A stretch of 64,000 nt of DNA, taken from NCBI GenBank assembly GCA_046563655.1, contig CM102290.1:13578001-13642000 (forward strand), read 5' to 3'. The translations under genes were made by a program, and so were the position numbers. This document shows, in pieces, positions 1-21,545 of this stretch (positions are counted from its first letter, which is position 1; the number at the start of each line of letters is the position of its first letter). The notes under the pieces were generated by a model. The model was given only the letters and a program-made list of their open reading frames with translations. It made no database searches and was not told where the DNA came from. This DNA is from Yuukianura sp. NJ FZ-2021 (Eukaryota).

Positions 1-529
1 ATAAACTTTCATTCTATTAGTGTTGTAAAATCAAGTTTAATAGGTTAAGGTTAATGATGCTTAGCGATTGACTTTCTAAAATTAAATACCACGAGGCTTA
101 ACAATATTTAATACGCCGCAAATTAAATCTACATGTGGGCGGCACAAGTGAAACAAAAAGCAAAAGAATCTCGTCTTTGATTTGTCTAGATTTTCGCTGG
201 ATTTTTTTTTTGCGTTTGATCTACAACAAAAATCGTTACATGCTTGAAGCAACTTGATTCTAAAATTCATTCAACTCATGCTGAAATACACTTAAGATTT
301 TGCAGTTGCTGTTGAGGGTGCCATACAGTTACCGTAACCACATTCTAATGCACACTTTGAGGGGGGGAGTATGTAATAATTTGTTTTAACATGATTTCCG
401 TAGTCACATCACGCAGTCAAGAACCTGTCCGCCACTATCATCAACTGTGTTAATTCATTTCGAATGACTCAGGTATAGAAATAAACAGAACCAAGGAATT
501 TAAATTTTAAATTAAAAAAAAAATCTTAC

Positions 530-805
530 CAAAACCGCATCCATTCGATTTCGTCAACAATCAGGATGACACATTGATTCGCAAACAGTTTCCGCACTTC
601 ACAAATCGTAGCCCAACACACAATCACAAATAATACTCGGAGTTAAACTGACGTCGAGAAAACGAAGTCCCCAGCGGAATGGAGATGGATCCACTGAAAC
701 CGATTCCAACGTTGACAAGTATCACGAACGATCGTTAGCAGACGGATTTTCCTGAAGCGATATCCGAATCAGCGCCAAGGAAGACGTTACACGGCAACAG
801 CTGAA
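530..805 (-). other. Putative non-coding (5' UTR) exon of a minus-strand gene continuing off the left edge
   Basis: On the minus strand a TTCAG acceptor near 806 and a TTG|GTAAGA donor at 529 bracket a GC-richer segment. All three minus frames contain stops. Confidence 0.3.
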
Positions 806-1129
806 CTGAAATTGAACGAATATTATTACTAGGTTAATGAGAACGGATGATGGTAATTGAGTAAAGGAGGACTCCATACAGTAGTAATAGTTTTGTTTTT
901 CCGTGGATACTTGTTGGGGATGAGGGGATGACAGACGACGGAACTACACTATTCTACATGTAACTTTTAGAATGACTGAGGAGATGATGGAGGCAGTAGA
1001 CGTTATGGTAAGTGCAATGTAAGACGATTTACCTGCATCTGGTTAGTACCTGTTGTAGTAGGATGAATTAATGGAGCTCCTTGGATGGAGGAGTGAAGGG
1101 AATTAAGTGGAGGCAGTAGTACTGAGGAC

Positions 1130-1212
1130 GTTGTTGTTACGGTGATGGTGGTTACTGTAAGTTATGGTGGTGGTTACTGCTAAGTTATGGTGGTGGTGGT
1201 TACTTGTAACCT
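1130..1212. repeat. Short degenerate tandem repeat (ggtggtggttactg(c)taagttat, about 3-4 units)
   Basis: Directly visible repeated units; explains the V/W-rich start of ORF 1164..1448. Confidence 0.7.
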
Positions 1213-1347
1213 TGGATGTTGATGGTATTACACCTGATTATGTCATCATAACTCCTCAAATTCTCATCTTTAGGAAAAAGACAACACGAGAACCAAATTC
1301 CAAACATTCACCCTCCCACCCCTCTATTCTTCCCTCTGCACATTCCG

Positions 1348-1560
1348 TCAACTACGATTGGATCAACACCCATTTCAGACACAACTTTTGGTTAAAATTA
1401 TGTAGAGGAAAACACTGTGAAGCACATCTTCTAACGCTGTATTTCTAACAATATAAATAATATTCTATCAACAACGATTGGATCAACACCAGTTTCAGCC
1501 ACTGCTTTTGTTATGTTAACGTTACGTTGTTACAGGAAAATACCGTAAAGCACCTCACTT
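1348..1560. repeat. Diverged direct duplication, about 120-bp period
   Basis: caactacgattggatcaacacccatttcagacac near 1349 versus caacaacgattggatcaacaccagtttcagccac near 1469, each followed by a similar ggaaaa...aagcac segment. Confidence 0.65.
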
Positions 1561-3222
1561 TTCAAGAAGTAATTAATTTAGGAACAACTCACTCTTTAGC
1601 TGATAGTCACTGCTATTTCATGTTTTACATAGTAAAACTAAATTATTCGAGCAAAATCTACTCTGGTTTGTAAGATATTGAGAATTGAGTGAAAGTGAAG
1701 AGGGTTTGGGGCCAAAATTGTGTCATTACGGTATACTCCCGGTATCGGAGCAACTTACGTAACTTGGTAGTTTCAATCAAGGCAAGGATACTTTAAGTGG
1801 TTGAATAAAACCATTTACAAAATCTTAATTAAAGACGCTCATTTGCAAGGCCTCAAAGAATGCTTGCATATAGAACCCCTGTGGTTATTCCGTTCTTCAA
1901 TGTCCATATGGGTTTACTGTGTGTGAACTAACGGTATTTGGACCACGCCTCCCCGCCAAAACATGACTTTGTATTCTTGTATTTTCCTTCTTTTTTGTAT
2001 TTAAGGCTTCGTTGCAGTAATAATTACTCGTACTAGATGTAACCATTACCGCCATGTTTGTATTTGCTTAGTAGCTAGGGTAATTGCCTTGTGTGCCTGA
2101 TATACACTAATAGGTACTAAGCTTTTTTTAAAACCACTTTATTACGACCACTTGATGGTTATTGAATAAGTGACTTTGCCGTCGCTACTTCCACGTGGTT
2201 ACAAAGGATGCAACTTATCTTAAGTGCAGTGTTAGCAATTGTTTGCTTTCTTAAACAAAGCTCGGCACTTTGTACTCCCCGAAATCCGCTTACGAACGGG
2301 AGCGAAGAAAAAGTGCGAGAAATATGGAGTTTGCGTTTTAAATTGTTTATAGAATTTATAAAGTATAGAATATAGAAACAATAGAGTTTAGCAAGTCCTG
2401 CTTCGCTCTTTCACCTTTCACCCCCTACCACCCGTCTTGTTATGGCTCCATCGATTGGTCGATTTCAAATCTGCGACGTCACTTTTTTAAACGTTTTTCA
2501 TTCACGGCACTTATGTACGGTGCTTACCAATTTTGGAATTCCGAAAAAGTTAAAAACTGACGTCACTGCTTACCGTAAATTCTACACTTTATATCAATTC
2601 TGTCAATGATTTATAATGCAAACACCCTATTGTTTCACTTTCTTAGAGTAACAATATGTTTTAAAGGAGTTTGGGAAAGAAACAAAATTTTTTTATGGGA
2701 AGGCCCCCCTCCGCTCCCCTCTTACACCAAAAACTGGATATGGGAAAAACTTTTCCAGAAAAAAAAATCAACAAATTTTGCGTCCGGTTTGAGAGTTTCA
2801 GAAAGCATTTTTTTTCGCCTATTCTACGTTTTATGGTCTGAGAATAAGTTTTAAGTGAAGTAAGCGATTGTGGAGCAAAAGTGCCGAACTATGGTCTCCA
2901 AGCCTCGCTACAAGTGTCAATCAAGTCCAGCCTCCAGCTCCAGCGGTAGCGGTCAGCGGTGTGTCTGTATACTGGTAACTTTGCTCGTGCAGAGGTGGTA
3001 ACGCAAAAGTCAAATTATTTAGACAGTGAACGGAAGGGAGTGACAAGGAACGACAATTCGGTATCAATTGGGTTAACACAACGATTCAAAATCACAGCGA
3101 AACAACAGGTAACCAAACAAACCAACTGTTGAAATTGATAACTTTATACAATTCAGTACATAATAAAGTTGTTTTAATTTAAATTAATTTGAATTCCTCA
3201 TCCTTGCTATATTCTCAGCACA

Positions 3223-4205
<983 letters not shown>

Positions 4206-4728
4206 GGCCGTTCAGCATCATTCATCCACCGATTTTTAATTTACTAATGGTGGCAATGGAAATGTTGTTGCTGTTGGTCTGTGATGTGAAAAGTCTTCCG
4301 GCTCTCTTTGGACATGACACGAATATTTTTTTAATTGGCAAAAATTAAATTCCTAAAATTCAATTCCTTAACATTATAACATTCTTGCAGCAATTCGTGC
4401 GGCAAATAAGGTGAGTCGGTGCTCACTGGATTCTCAGTTGTATTTTTTGTACTACGCCCCCCATCCCATTGTTGAGTGGATTTGGTGCAGATTCAGTCGG
4501 AAGTGGCAGCACTTCAGAAAATCCTTAACAATACGATGAAGTACAGATGGAGTTGTTCGTTGGTTGTTGTGGGGATTGATCATGGTTTTGAAATTCCTCT
4601 TCAGAATTTTGTAGGTTATGTTCTCATATGAATCCAAGAAGGCAAGAAAGGAGACACCCAACAAACAACCCCTACCTCGATTCATTCTACTCCTTATAAC
4701 AGTCTCTGCCCACCACACCGACTGTAGT

Positions 4729-5120
4729 ATCCTGTGGATATTAAACTCGGTAACACGAGAGGGATAAATTTGGGTATCGAAGAGACGTAACTGGATATCC
4801 AGGATACTGTTGGTCCAACAACTTTCCGATTAGTTTTAATCAATACTACACTAAAATATGACCTCTGAGCAAGGGAAGTTTCGAAACTTGGTCGGAGAAC
4901 TGCCGCTGAAAGTTTTCTTAGAACAGGATACCCAGTTTAGTACCCAGGGTAGAAATCATGGATACCCAAAAAGGGGTACCAAATTGAGTATCTAAAGGGG
5001 ACTAAATTGGGTACATGAGGGTTCAATCGTGCAATGATTGGCATCCTGTATACTAAACTTTTAATTTCTCTGGAATACCCAGTTTAATTTGTGGGGTACT
5101 AAACTAGGTGCAGTGGGTAT
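4729..5120. mobile_element. Degraded MITE-like segment with repeated ggatacccag/gggtac motifs in both orientations
   Basis: Recurrent motifs (ggatacccagttt, tacccaggg, aaattgggtac, ggaatacccagttt). No clean TIR/TSD pair found. Confidence 0.35.
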
Positions 5121-6126
5121 AAGCTGTTATACATTTGTACATTTAAGATTTTATAGTAATGTATCTTGTACATGAAGAAGTGAAGGTATTTTATGATCCT
5201 TTGATGTGACACATGGTGTACTGTCAAAGAAGAGAAAGCAGTTAAGTTAGTTCTTTGATTCACAACATCACCTAACCATTTTCATCTTTAGTGCCTAGCA
5301 TTCCACTCTCCCTGTCACTTTCAATATTTAATTAGTACTAACCAAGGTGGGCTCCCATCTTCACTTCAAGTTTTGTGAAAGTGACTAATGTGAACACGGT
5401 CGAACTGCTGCCGACATTCTGTAAGTCACTTCATGTCAATTTGTTTTTTGAAATGTAATCAGTGAGTTGCCTCAGGATTACTGTTTACAAAAGAGTAATT
5501 CCAACTGTTTCTCTTTTTAACTCTGTTTTGTAAACATTGACTTCCAAGTTCATACATTCAGTGCTCTTCTTTTTGTTATCGAAGGCATGCTTCTGGAAGT
5601 ATCCGATTTCGAATGAACATTGGGGAGTGATCGACATTCTTACGTTTTAGTGTAAGTTCAGAAACGCTGCGGATTTTGGCATAGATTACGATTGGTTTTT
5701 GGATTGGACCTTAGAACGTTGGATTGTGGTATAGTCTAGTCTGGGTATTGGATGATTCAAGAAAGGTTTCATTACTAATTAGTTACTTGTTTTTGGATAA
5801 TAGATGGTAATAAAAAGTAATTATGAATGTTACTCCATTAGCACGTCTAATTGACCTTTTTGTTTTTTATTTACAGATAAATCCAAAGTGGTCTTTTCGA
5901 CTTACGCCCATATTTTTGGAACATTTCCGTCCGTTTTCCAGTCGCCTGTGATACGTGTGGATCAAGCAATCGATTTTATAACGAAAGAGCTGAAAACTTA
6001 CTGGACACAATCCTTGATACCCGAGTGAATTACGTATAAAAATGTCACAAGTGGAAGTGATATGCATCGGGATAGCGTCTCCATAGGAATATGTCTTCAT
6101 ACTGGGGTACATTCGGCAAACTGAAC

Positions 6127-12701
<6,575 letters not shown>

Positions 12702-13418
12702 AGTATTTCACAATTTATAGCAGTAGATTCATAGTGAAAAACTTCTACGACGCAATACAAAGCAGCATCCCGAGGATGTGGAGTACGGGGCAAAGTGAGA
12801 AAGTTGAAATCATATGTTTACACTTTGTGTATTTAGGTAGAGTTTATGTTAGGTTTAGAAAATATTAGTTGTTACTTTGACTTGAAGCTCCGTTTCTGCA
12901 ACAGCTTTTAACTTTGTATTTTGTTACCCATACAAACCATGACCTTCTCAAATTCTATTTTACAACGCACCTACCTGCCGCCGATTACAAATGTTATACC
13001 TAGAAAAATCAAAGTTTTTTGTGTATCAAAGGACATTTGGTATACTTAAAGTCTGCCTGAACCCAGAACATCCAAACTGCATGTAATGAGTCTTTCACCC
13101 TCCACTATCCCCAGAAGATACCTTCCGGAATTAATTATTTTTGATATTTTGTAGTTTATTGTAATAGCCGCACCTTAGAATATTTAATTTGCAATACTCG
13201 TTATTTATTTACCAGAAATGTGAGTCTGTTTCTTGGATTTTATTCTACCGGTGCGAAAGACTATTTCCTATTGCACAAAATATGTTAAGATCTTGCAGTA
13301 CAGAACAACCTCCCTTATACGAATTTTTTTTGTCGTAGGAACACGGTAAAACCCAAGTTTTTGGAGCGAAGTTAACTTTAGAAATGGAATGTATAGACTT
13401 TCCATGGTTGTATACCTC

Positions 13419-13576
13419 CATTGTTGCTGGGTATCCACTTTTACGTTTCGTCCAGTGGATAATATATTTCATCCGGTTTTATCCGGAAGAAATGGCTGGA
13501 TAAAATGGATATAAACGGATACTTCCACCTATTTTGATGTAGGCGGAAGAAATATTTTATCCATCCAGCAACACTG
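13419..13576. mobile_element. hAT-like MITE, 158 bp
   Basis: TIRs cattgttgctgg / ccagcaacactg; perfect 8-bp TSD tatacctc at 13411-13418 and 13577-13584. Related copy at 21776-22215. Confidence 0.85.
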
Positions 13577-14668
13577 TATACCTCTGATGTCGTGACGTAA
13601 GCAGAGAGATTGCGGTATCGAGAGAGGGAGAGTTGCTATAAGAGAGGTTTTGCTGTAAATAGTTCTTTCCGCAGTTAACTTAAGTTTCCGAATGTACCAC
13701 CTACTACTATTACACTAACAGTGAGACCTCACTTTTTTTATTCCGGTAACATCAGTATTTATTTATAGAAGGATTTCGTGTTCCTGTATTTTAATCCGAG
13801 GCTATCATGCACACTGGGCTTCTGCCTTTTTTCACTCATCACTCACTTATGTTTATGCTAATAAGCTCCAACTACTACTGGCCAATATTCACGTTATCTT
13901 ATTAAGTATGTTCCATTTTTGAGTATGTAGAAAGGAATTTAATGAAAAGTTGTATGTACCAGGTAGTATATAGCTTCATTGTTAGATAAATTGCCAATAT
14001 GTTGTTAGTTGAATGTGAAACAGTATTTGTTAAGTAGTAATTACTAATATTGTTAATTATTTTAAGAAAATGGGTCATTTTTATACAAAGTAAGCAGCAC
14101 TTTACAAATGGTACTTTCTGTAGTACTTAATCTAGGAAAAATCACTTGTAACATTTTTATACAAAGGCTAAGATCAGGATTTTATTGCTAAATCTGTCTT
14201 GCCTTGCCTGTACCCTTACAGATTTTGGATTGGTTGACTGAAAAATCAGAGTACTTGGGACTGTGAATGTGCCTTAGAAACTTCTATTACTAAACTACTG
14301 AAATTAGTGAAATTTACTCCGTCCGTGTGCTATTTTATATAAATTTTTTCACTTTTGGCTTTTAATACTTAAGTAACGCCGTATTTTGACATTACTAGGG
14401 TCGACAGAAACTAGTTTTAAGTAACAATGCCTTCACATGAACAAAGTTGCCTTTCTATACTGCAGTTTACTTAAGTTTACTAATTAAGTTTTTAGTTTTT
14501 AGTAAAATTAAATAAAATCAATTTAATTCCGTATTCTGCGTGTAGTTATCAATTGAAAAGGACTGTGCAAGCCCGTATACGTACGAATGGATTCTTTCAT
14601 TCATACACAAAGTGTTTTGTTTTGAAAGAGTTATTATTGTAATTTTGCGGGTACAATATTAGAATGTA

Positions 14669-14765
14669 CCGTAAATGTCCAAATAGTACCCCTGTTCCAA
14701 ATAATGCCCGCCTCACTATTAGTATATCTCTTTGACCTTCGGGAATATAATTTGGAAATGTACGG
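14669..14765. mobile_element. TA-flanked MITE with CCGTA termini (pogo/Tigger-like)
   Basis: ta|ccgtaaatgtccaaat ... atttggaaatgtacgg|ta. Confidence 0.65.
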
Positions 14766-15625
14766 TAAAGTGAATTGGTATACTAATGTACCGAACTTCT
14801 AAACGTTCGTCCGTCACGCTACGAACCACAAGGGAAAAAATTGTGTTGTTAGTCATCTGCGAAGTTCTATGACACGAGACCTTGTTTTTGTAAAAGCTCA
14901 AGTGAAATGAAATTTTTAGTTGGATTTGTTCCCTGTGAACGAGAAGCCGCAATTAGTTGTTGCAAAAATATTCGCAACATTTGTGTTGTAATGCAATTAT
15001 CACTGTGCGGTGGTACCATTAGCAAACTGCGCGTCTCTTGACATACGCCTTGAAACCACTATAAGAAAAGGACCTTCGTTTAGTTTCCTTAGGACGAATA
15101 ACTTAAATTTGCAGTACGTTAGTACCGTACGGTACACAAATTTAGTATCCCTGTTGACGTGCGAAAGGAATTGAGTTGATTTTATTGCGATTAACTGTCC
15201 TTATTGTCTAAACTATTAAGTACTTACTGTGTTTATGTGAATGGAAACTGAGTCGGTGCTGTTAAATTTTTTGGTGCATTTGTACTGTGTTGTGGTGCGT
15301 GAGAGAAACTTTCTAAATTTTTGCTTGAGTGGTTTCTGTTTTCTCACATTCGGAAGTCGCAATCTCCCTTTTATTGTCTTCTCTCAAACAGAGTTAGTCT
15401 AGAGGTAAGAGAGAGAGGGTTGCGGAATGTCAAAGTATTAATCGAGCTAAATCTAGTCAACAACATCAATTTTACTAAGAATTTGTGTTGGTCCGGTTTG
15501 AAATACCAGCGGAAACGTTTAGCAGACGTTGGTTGTGTAAGTTACTGAGATTTCATTAGTTAAGAAAACGTCTAATTACGAACATTCCTTTGATTTGAAT
15601 ATTGATTTTATCCTTTTCATTCCAG

Positions 15626-15948
15626 AATCCAGATGATCTCAACATAAACCGCATCTCTAACTATCTCATCTGAATCTCTGTCTCGTTCCCAGTCAAGACT
15701 CAACAACACTTAATCCGGGCATCGGTTAAACTAGAAGTGTCCATTCGGTTGACCCTATTACGATCTGGTGACGAATGCATAATAATCCTCATCCGATCTG
15801 AACGGCGGTGCAGGCTGGGTTTTTGTCTGTGATTATCAGTTTATAACAACTAAATTCGTGACTCAAGCTGAAGGCCATCAGTATCCCCTTCGGTGTGCCA
15901 CAATTGAGATGACTTAGATCGGACATATTGAAGGAGCTGCGATGGTCG
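15626..15948 (+). other. Putative non-coding exon (5' UTR of the ceramide kinase-like gene or a lncRNA)
   Basis: ttccag acceptor at 15625 and tcg|gtaagt donor near 15949; no long plus-strand ORF. Confidence 0.35.
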
Positions 15949-17927
15949 GTAAGTTGGAGGTTTGTCGTTGTGAAGGTCAAGTTCATTGGGACGGGGGGTT
16001 GATTGCCTTGTTTAAGCTTATTACTTGGCTAATTCGTAGTAGTTCCACTTATTAGCTCATTGTCTGAATCAATGGTAACGAAACAACACAAGTGCCTCTG
16101 TTGCGTCAATACTGTAAACATCCTTGACTTGGCACATTAACTGCCAGTTAATATGGATGAAGTTTTGTTCTTCATTCTACACTGTCAGATGGAGATGCGA
16201 TTGGCAGTGACTTTCTAGTTTTCGTTTACCCCACAATAATCCAAAAGAAAATTAGTGAACGCATTCTGTACATTCTACTCGTGATTTTTCACCTGGACGA
16301 TGTGAAAAGGTGAAAAGTGAAAGTTACTGGAGGCATTTCTAGGCTTAAATCGAATTGGCATTCCAAGGTCAGTTTATTATTCCTGCTGGGTTGCTACAAG
16401 GTTTCTACAATGTTGTGGAGGTTTTCTAATTTTCGAGGTCCACTTATCAATGAACTTACCTTGTCTCTACCTTTAGACCTTCCTTTAAGTTGTTTTTCTA
16501 GCTTACAACTCTTTTTCATTCGTGAAGACAATCTGAATCTGATCTCCAAAATTACAAGTATTTAACGTTATTTTATCCCCTGTAAAATTGATCATGAAAA
16601 GTTTTTATTAATAACAGGCGTGCTAGGCACGATTGCCGGGGCTTCGCCCGTTCAATCGTCCTCATTTTTTGACTAATAATCGTAACGATTTTTTTCCAAA
16701 AGTAATACGTTAGAAAACTAGAAAGTTAGGTTAGGAAAATTTCAATTTGTCTTGACTCGTAACTGATGAACTCATATTTTACTAGACAGTATATGCCTTA
16801 AAGCTAAAAAATTTGAGAGTCAATCAATTAGTCACTATGCAATTCCTGATTTACCTCTCACCTGTACCTTCTCATTAATCATACTTTAGATGGCGAGATG
16901 CACACAAGTAGTGGTGATCTCAACCGGTTATCTTTACATTAACTTAGTAATTGTTGTGTTGATAGTTGTAGGCGAATCTAATCTGGAATCAGATAATGCA
17001 TTAGTAGAGTAGGCCACTGAGCATCAGGTAACCGTTTCCGTTTTTAGTGAACAGAAGTTCTGATTGTCGTCCGGTGCTTATCATAGCACATGACACAGGT
17101 ATTAGAAATTAAAATTAAGTTACTAAAAGTACTTGCCAGTTGTTCCTATTGTCAGTGGTTCATCTATTACTTATTAAGTTGATAGCTGTTACAGGTATAA
17201 CTCCTCATGTTTTTTTAATTTTCAATCTGAGAATGTTCCAGAATGGAATCATTGATAGTCACACAAACCTGCATTATTTGAGGTACTTTATCGATTAATT
17301 CCTTTGTTTCTTGGTGAGTTATAATTTTCCAGGGTATCATTTTCTCAATAACACAAAGGTCATAGTGTGTGATAGAGACAGTCTCGAGCCAAGGCTGTTA
17401 AATAGGTTAATGAGGGTACCGGCATGCACTTACCAACTTTTATATTGTCATGGAACAACACTTTGGTTGCCAATTTCTCCGAAATCCAAAGTGTTTCCTA
17501 ATAAACAAACACTGTGTCCATTTCCTATTGTGCAAAAAGAACATGGAAATGGTGGACCTTTCATGAATAATACAGTGCTCCAGTAGGAGGAGGTGGGACA
17601 CGGACGGAACTCAATTTATCTTGACCAAAACAACATCAATACCGGACCATTACAGGTTGTGTGCAAATATTGTTAGCCGGTTCACCTTAAACAGGTTGAC
17701 TTTTCGGGGAAATTTGATTTCGTAAAGTCGTTTCCGTCACTCCCTTCTTCTTTTTACTTTTAAAACGTACTTCCCCAAATTTTTTATAAGTAGGCCATTG
17801 TGCAATTGATTCTTGAGATACTAGTTTTTTAACGACTACTATAAGGAAGTAGAAACAGGAAAATGTTGAATTCCTGGAACTTCTTTATAATTTGTGGGAA
17901 ACTTTATCACGGGTGTCAAAAATATTT

Positions 17928-18116
17928 AGTCTCCATGCCCGTAATGTTAAGAAAAAAATATTTGCCGGTTTTTTGTGACTAAATATTTATTAAATTTGCC
18001 TATGCCCTAAATATTAAATAAGTAAGGATTTGGGCGATTAAAAAATATTTAAACAAAAATTAAACTTTTTTTGTCAATATTCCGGGGTGTTTGGCACATA
18101 TTTCTGACAACCCTGA
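17928..18116. mobile_element. Degenerate MITE (imperfect TIRs cacgggtgtcaaaaatat / atatttctgacaaccctg)
   Basis: Imperfect 18-bp inverted termini around an AT-rich core; TSD not clean. Confidence 0.4.
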
Positions 18117-18325
18117 ATATTACGGAACGAGGGATTTAGTTAGTTGAAAGTGTGATGATTTTTCGCTAAAAATTCAACCAATTGTTTTTTTTTTTGTAAC
18201 ATGTAAAAACCAGAATTTTCAGTTGTCAGGCTTATTTCGCTTGGTGCTAATTTGACTCTTGGTTTTTAGCGCCAATCTGAACCGTGTCGTGTATACTTGA
18301 ACGGAACATTAGGAATTCCGAAGCC

Positions 18326-20501
18326 ATGGGGAAGCACGACCCGATTCTCCAACAGACGTTCAACATCAATGGAAAACCGCATTCCGTTTGGTTGTACGAA
18401 CACCAACTAACGTGGTGTCCAAAAAATCAAGGTTAGAACAGAATTTTTATCGATTTTAATCACTGGTATTAATTCTTACTTGAGTTGAATCTAGTGATTT
18501 TCTTGTGCTGTGTAGGTGGAGAAGACATGTCGGAATGGATGAACGTTAAAATCAGTGACATATTTTCGGTTGAAGTTGAGGAAGGATCTCCGAGTCAATC
18601 CAATTGTTGCATTCCACTCTTGTCGTCGTCACCCCATCCTTCGTCGCCGAATCTCATGGTGTACTATGCCCAGCGCCGTCGAAATACTGACATTTGGGAA
18701 TGCGAAGCAGTGAAACTAGGTCAAACTGATTACGATATTCTCAAGGAATGGAGCTCCATGATCCAATCCGCAGTCGCAAGTAAGTACCTTCCAAGGTTCC
18801 TTGACAACCGAATTCTATTTCCTGCAACAGGTTGTCCAATAACTCAGGATTTCCAAAATCTTGCTTCAAACACCTTTTGGCACCAATTTAGCACCAATGC
18901 CATTTACATTAAATGAAAAAAATTATCATAGAAGGGCAGATTTCCTACATTCAAACAAATTTTAAAACTTCGAGTTATTGGACAACTTAGTGTAGAAATT
19001 TTTTTTGTATACCAACTTTGGTACCTTCACAGCCTAATTTTTTCAAAAAAAGTGATTAATTTTGGCTTAACTTCGGTATAGATTTGACACATCGGCCGAA
19101 GAACTTGTTGATCTTCTTAAATCCATTTGGTGGAAAGGGCCTAGCACAAGTGACCTTTGAGGAATCCGTGAAGCCTATACTTGAACTCTCCGGTGTGACA
19201 TGGACCCTGGTGAACACGGAGTACCCAAATCATGCTTCGGAAACCCTGATGGCAATGAAGCAGGAAATCCTAGTAGAGTACGACGTTGTAGTGGCCATTG
19301 GGGGTGACGGCACTGCATGTGAAATTGTGACAGGTCTACTACGCCGTAGTGCCGAGACATCCGCATCAAATCAAGACACGATCCTACAGCCAGCAGCTCT
19401 CAATGTAGCCATTGTTCCTGCAGGGTCAAGCAATGCTCTGGCCTATACTGTACATGGAACTGACGATCCATGTACGGCTGCAATTCATTTGGTTTTGGGT
19501 GCATCAGTTCCATTGGACGTTGGAGCTATTCATGACAATCATTCCGGAGTAGCAAGATTTTTTGTTACGCAAATCTCATATGGTCACTTGGCAGACACTT
19601 TGAAGAAGTCGGACAAACTTAGATGGATGGGACCTCGACGTTACGATTACGCCGGTAATAATAACTTTAACTGCTCGAAAAATGTTATTTATGTTTTAAC
19701 TTTAACTTTTTCTTAGGGTTGTGCAAATTTATGGCTCACAAGGCATATGAGGGGACACTGGAAATGCGACTTGCTGGAGATGACTCGCGTCGACCCCCAT
19801 CGGAATGCGGAGCCGGTGGAGGTTGTTGTGATTGTAGATCTCGTGGGTTGCTTGCCACAAAAGACGTGCATACTGAATGGAAAAGAATTGATGGAAGGTT
19901 TCTCGGAATTTCTGCTGCGAATATCAGTTGTAGAACAACTCTTTGTCCCCGTGGAATGGCGCCGTTTGCTCACATTTCAGATGGACATCTCGACTTGGTC
20001 ATCGTTCGGAAGGCATCGAGAACAAACCATTTGCGCTACTTGTTAAGAACTGCAGGAGATAGCCGAAGAGCCGTAAGAACTCAGTTTCTGAAAATTTGAA
20101 ATGGAACCATTCCATTTTTCAAAATTTTGAACCAACTTTTTTGATTTTAGTTTCAGTTACCATTTGTGGAGCGGTATCATGCCAAAGAACTCATTTTTAC
20201 TCCGATATCTTGCTGCTCCAGTACCCAACATCGTGAATCCGAAACTCTGGGCAGCTCAAGCTCCGTCTCAAACTGCGGATGTGACACTCGGCAGACTAAG
20301 AAGAATCACAGTTCCTGGAACTGTGATGGAGAACTTTTGCGACAACCAAGCGTTAGAGTCACAGTCCACGCCGATTTAGTACGAATTATGGCACGGTCAT
20401 CTGGTATTGAAGGTGATCTGACATGCAGACCATCAACGAGCAGCCCTTCCGATTTACCACCGAACATGGATCCCCTCCCAACGGAAATTCCAATCAACTA
20501 G
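18326..20501 (+). CDS. CERK: Ceramide kinase-like lipid kinase (PH-like N-terminus plus DAGK catalytic domain)
   Basis: Exons about 18326-18431, 18516-18779, 19082-19654, 19717-20072, 20150-20501. Motifs RPKNLLIFLNPFGGKG, AIGGDGT, VPAGSSNAL, SDKLRWMGPRRYDYAG, a Cys cluster CGAGGGCCDC, GMAPFAHISDGHLDLVIVR and SSWNCDGE are CERK-type. Confidence 0.88.
18792..19020. mobile_element. P-superfamily-like MITE, copy 1 (CERK intron 2)
   Basis: Termini caaggtt...caactttg; perfect 8-bp TSD gtaccttc; subterminal aacaggttgtccaa / ttggacaac inverted motif; colinear with 33547-33775. Confidence 0.85.
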
Positions 20502-21231
20502 GTTGGACAATCATGGGAGGAAATCCTACTGGAGTGAAAACAGAAAAATTCAAGCTCAAAATTTTCTAAAAGACACAAATCGATACTTAACATTTTACAT
20601 GCACCGTTAAGCGAACGGATGGAGATGTTTTAGGATTTACAAAATTCAGTTGCTTGCATTCCATACAGCTGTTTTGTTTTTCAATGACTAGTATTATGAT
20701 CACTTATTTGTGTGTATTTTGGTTAGTTTCCGTCCAAAGAACATTCGGTTTTTCGTTTTTTTGCAAAACGTTCTGGATGTGACCGGACGGCTGGAAAGCC
20801 GTGAGAAAGTAATTTGGGTTGACCCCAAATAGAAACTAGGAACTTAAGTATTGTGAAAAGTTAACTTTTTAGTTTGAAATTCAGCATGCTTATTATTAAC
20901 AAAGATCTGAAAGTGGTTTAATTTGTATACAGTAGGGTTGTTAGTTCGCTTTAGTGACTACTTTATCATAGTTTCTGAAATCGTGATCAAATTAAAGTAA
21001 CGTGATTGATTCAACCAAATAATTGGTTTAAAATAACTAGATTATCACTACTTATTATCAGACTAGATTATTAAACTTTATTAAAATTTGTTTCCTATTG
21101 TCGCTACATTTTTACAATTTTGCTTGCTATTGTCCCTAGATTTTGACTGTCAGAAGTAAATTTTCTCACAGCAAACCAGCGCGGACAATTCAAACTAGGC
21201 TCATCTGGATTGAGATCACACCTGTGCATTG

Positions 21232-21545
21232 CTTGGATCGCCGAGCCAAGCGATCCGAGCCAACAGATACTACAGCGAACCGCGATCCGATCCGAGCCAG
21301 CAAATTGTTGTCGCGATCCGAACCGAGCCGAGCCAAAAAGGAAAGTCAGCGATCCGCGATCCGATCCGAGCCAGAAAATTTTTGTCGCGATCCGAACCGA
21401 GCCGAGCCAAAGAGGAAAGTCAACGATCCACGATCCGAACCGAGCCAGCAAAAGTTGTTAGCGAGCCGAACCGAGCCGAACCAGCCAAAAAACAGCTGCT
21501 TGGCTCGCTGGCTCGCTAAAATCCGCTGTTGGTTCGGCGATCCAA
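21232..21545. repeat. Subterminal array of CCGA-type motifs with ~74-bp higher-order units, bounded by ttggatcgccga inverted repeats
   Basis: Directly visible; generates the spurious RSEPSR/GSDRGS ORFs. A related array lies at about 23460-23770. Confidence 0.9.

Noticed and set aside
14260..14278. gtgaatgtgcctta resembling miR-124 sequence
   Set aside because: Only a seed-complement-length match with no precursor hairpin.
16762..16850. TGATGA...CTGA C/D-box-like pair (also near 18152)
   Set aside because: Imperfect C box or excess length, no terminal stem and no recognisable rRNA guide; expected by chance in AT-rich DNA.
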